The notes under the pieces: generated by a model
Databases searched by the model: none
What the model was told of the DNA's origin: nothing
Seen by the model: only the letters and a program-made list of their open reading frames with translations
Translations under genes and position numbers: made by a program
Part shown: one piece after another, positions 63,101 to 64,000 of the stretch
Layout: each line of letters opens with the position of its first letter
Numbering within the stretch: the stretch's first letter is position 1
From: Gnetum montanum
Taxonomy: Eukaryota; Plantae; Gnetophyta
Reading direction: 5' to 3'
Assembly (NCBI GenBank): GCA_015680685.1
Contig: MNCI01000001.1
Span: forward strand, 73,911 to 137,910
DNA length: 64,000 nt

Positions 63101-63820
63101 TTGCTGGTTGAGGTAAACACCTTTATTGCCGTTTCGGTCCATGACAACGTATCACCATCTCCTACTAACCTGTTCTCATGAATAAAAAACCTGTACCATA
63201 CCACATAGATTTATCTTGCGCTTCACAAAACTTAGACAACAGACATATAACAAAAATACAGTCAACAAAACTACTTACCCACCTGAATAATACACAGTGC
63301 TAACTGGGTTCTGGAAGTAGGTTGAGACGTGGCGAGACATGAACAAAGTGTTATAGGCATGGTAACAACTAAACTGGGCCATCTCCTAGATCCAGCCTAA
63401 ACACCTCAAACCTCGAGCGCTAAGTTCTCGGTCCTCAGGACGACCAGTATCAATGGCTCCGTCTGTCAAGAAAGCCAGGATCCCTTGCACAGAACCCACT
63501 AACAGGTGCTTCAAAATGGCACCAGCAATATCGCCCGACAAATTAGACCATATAATAAAGCTGTAGTTGCGCAGTAAGAACTGCAGAAACTCCAGCGCAC
63601 CCTTTCGAAACCATATGGCCTTCCCATGCAACCGAGTTTGCAGAGGAGGGATATTAGGCACGATCGGGTTTATACAGCACATAATCCCAACAATATCCAA
63701 GACGATCAAAATAGGCTTTAGCATCATACTGTACAGAAAACGCAATACATAGATCAAAATCTAGATTCACATTTGCGTGATTAAATACAGAAAACCTAAA
63801 AATTACACGTAGTTATCCAT
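60117..63820 (-). pseudogene. Antisense gene of at least 8 exons: FCP1/NIF-like domain + env-like/plant-transposon-like domain + coiled coil + acidic tail
   Basis: Exons 63807-63820, 63279-63728, 62916-63190, 61768-62817, 61448-61675, 61249-61377, 60360-61171 and <60117-60279. Seven 70-98 nt U-rich GT-AG introns with compatible phases. About 9 in-frame stops, no frameshift. Confidence 0.88.
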
Positions 63821-64000
63821 GCCGAAATCGCCAAAACCCTTGCAACAGCGCAAGGTTTGCCCCTGACAATGGCGATAGATGCAATTCCCTTTAAACCCTC
63901 ACCTTAACGTGAGGTCCCTAGTCTAAAACCCTCGTTTATGCGAGTGACGCTACAACAATAAACACTGCTTGAATAACACAAATATGCAAGAGATGGCCTA

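Larger units (their letters stand above)
53657..64000 (+). mobile_element. Young Tat-like Ty3/gypsy element (gag-protease plus antisense spliced gene); 3' end lies beyond the window
   Basis: Abrupt rise in CpG content, a 1.58 kb 5' LTR, a perfect tRNA-Asn PBS, and a Tat/Ogre-type gag with a C-x2-H-x4-H-x4-C knuckle. Confidence 0.9.

Overview
This is AT-rich land-plant repetitive DNA, possibly gymnosperm (inferred from recalled motifs only). It consists almost entirely of nested, methylation-decayed retroelements; I found no intact host gene, RNA gene or CRISPR array. From left to right: a Ty3/gypsy gag-protease relic (0.7-3.7 kb); a small LTR pair enclosing an env-like ORF relic (3.8-8.0 kb); an L1 LINE split by insertions; a complete Athila-like element with no recognisable protease, RT or RNase H (9542-18431); a cluster of Ty1/copia fragments (22.9-35.8 kb); an extra-ORF relic (37.7-40.4 kb); and a three-level nest of old Tat-like element > Athila-like copy > young Tat-like element (40.6-64 kb). 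The main finding is in the Tat-like family (tRNA-Asn PBS), which shows gag-protease but no RT/RNase H/integrase. It instead carries a convergent antisense gene with at least 8 exons and 7 short GT-AG introns that splice into one frame of about 1,040 codons. That protein begins with a degenerate FCP1/NIF-type HAD phosphatase-like domain, followed by an env-like/plant-transposon-type domain, a coiled coil and an acidic tail. A much older, diverged copy in the same window keeps the gene and equivalent intron positions. All alignments and domain calls were made by eye.
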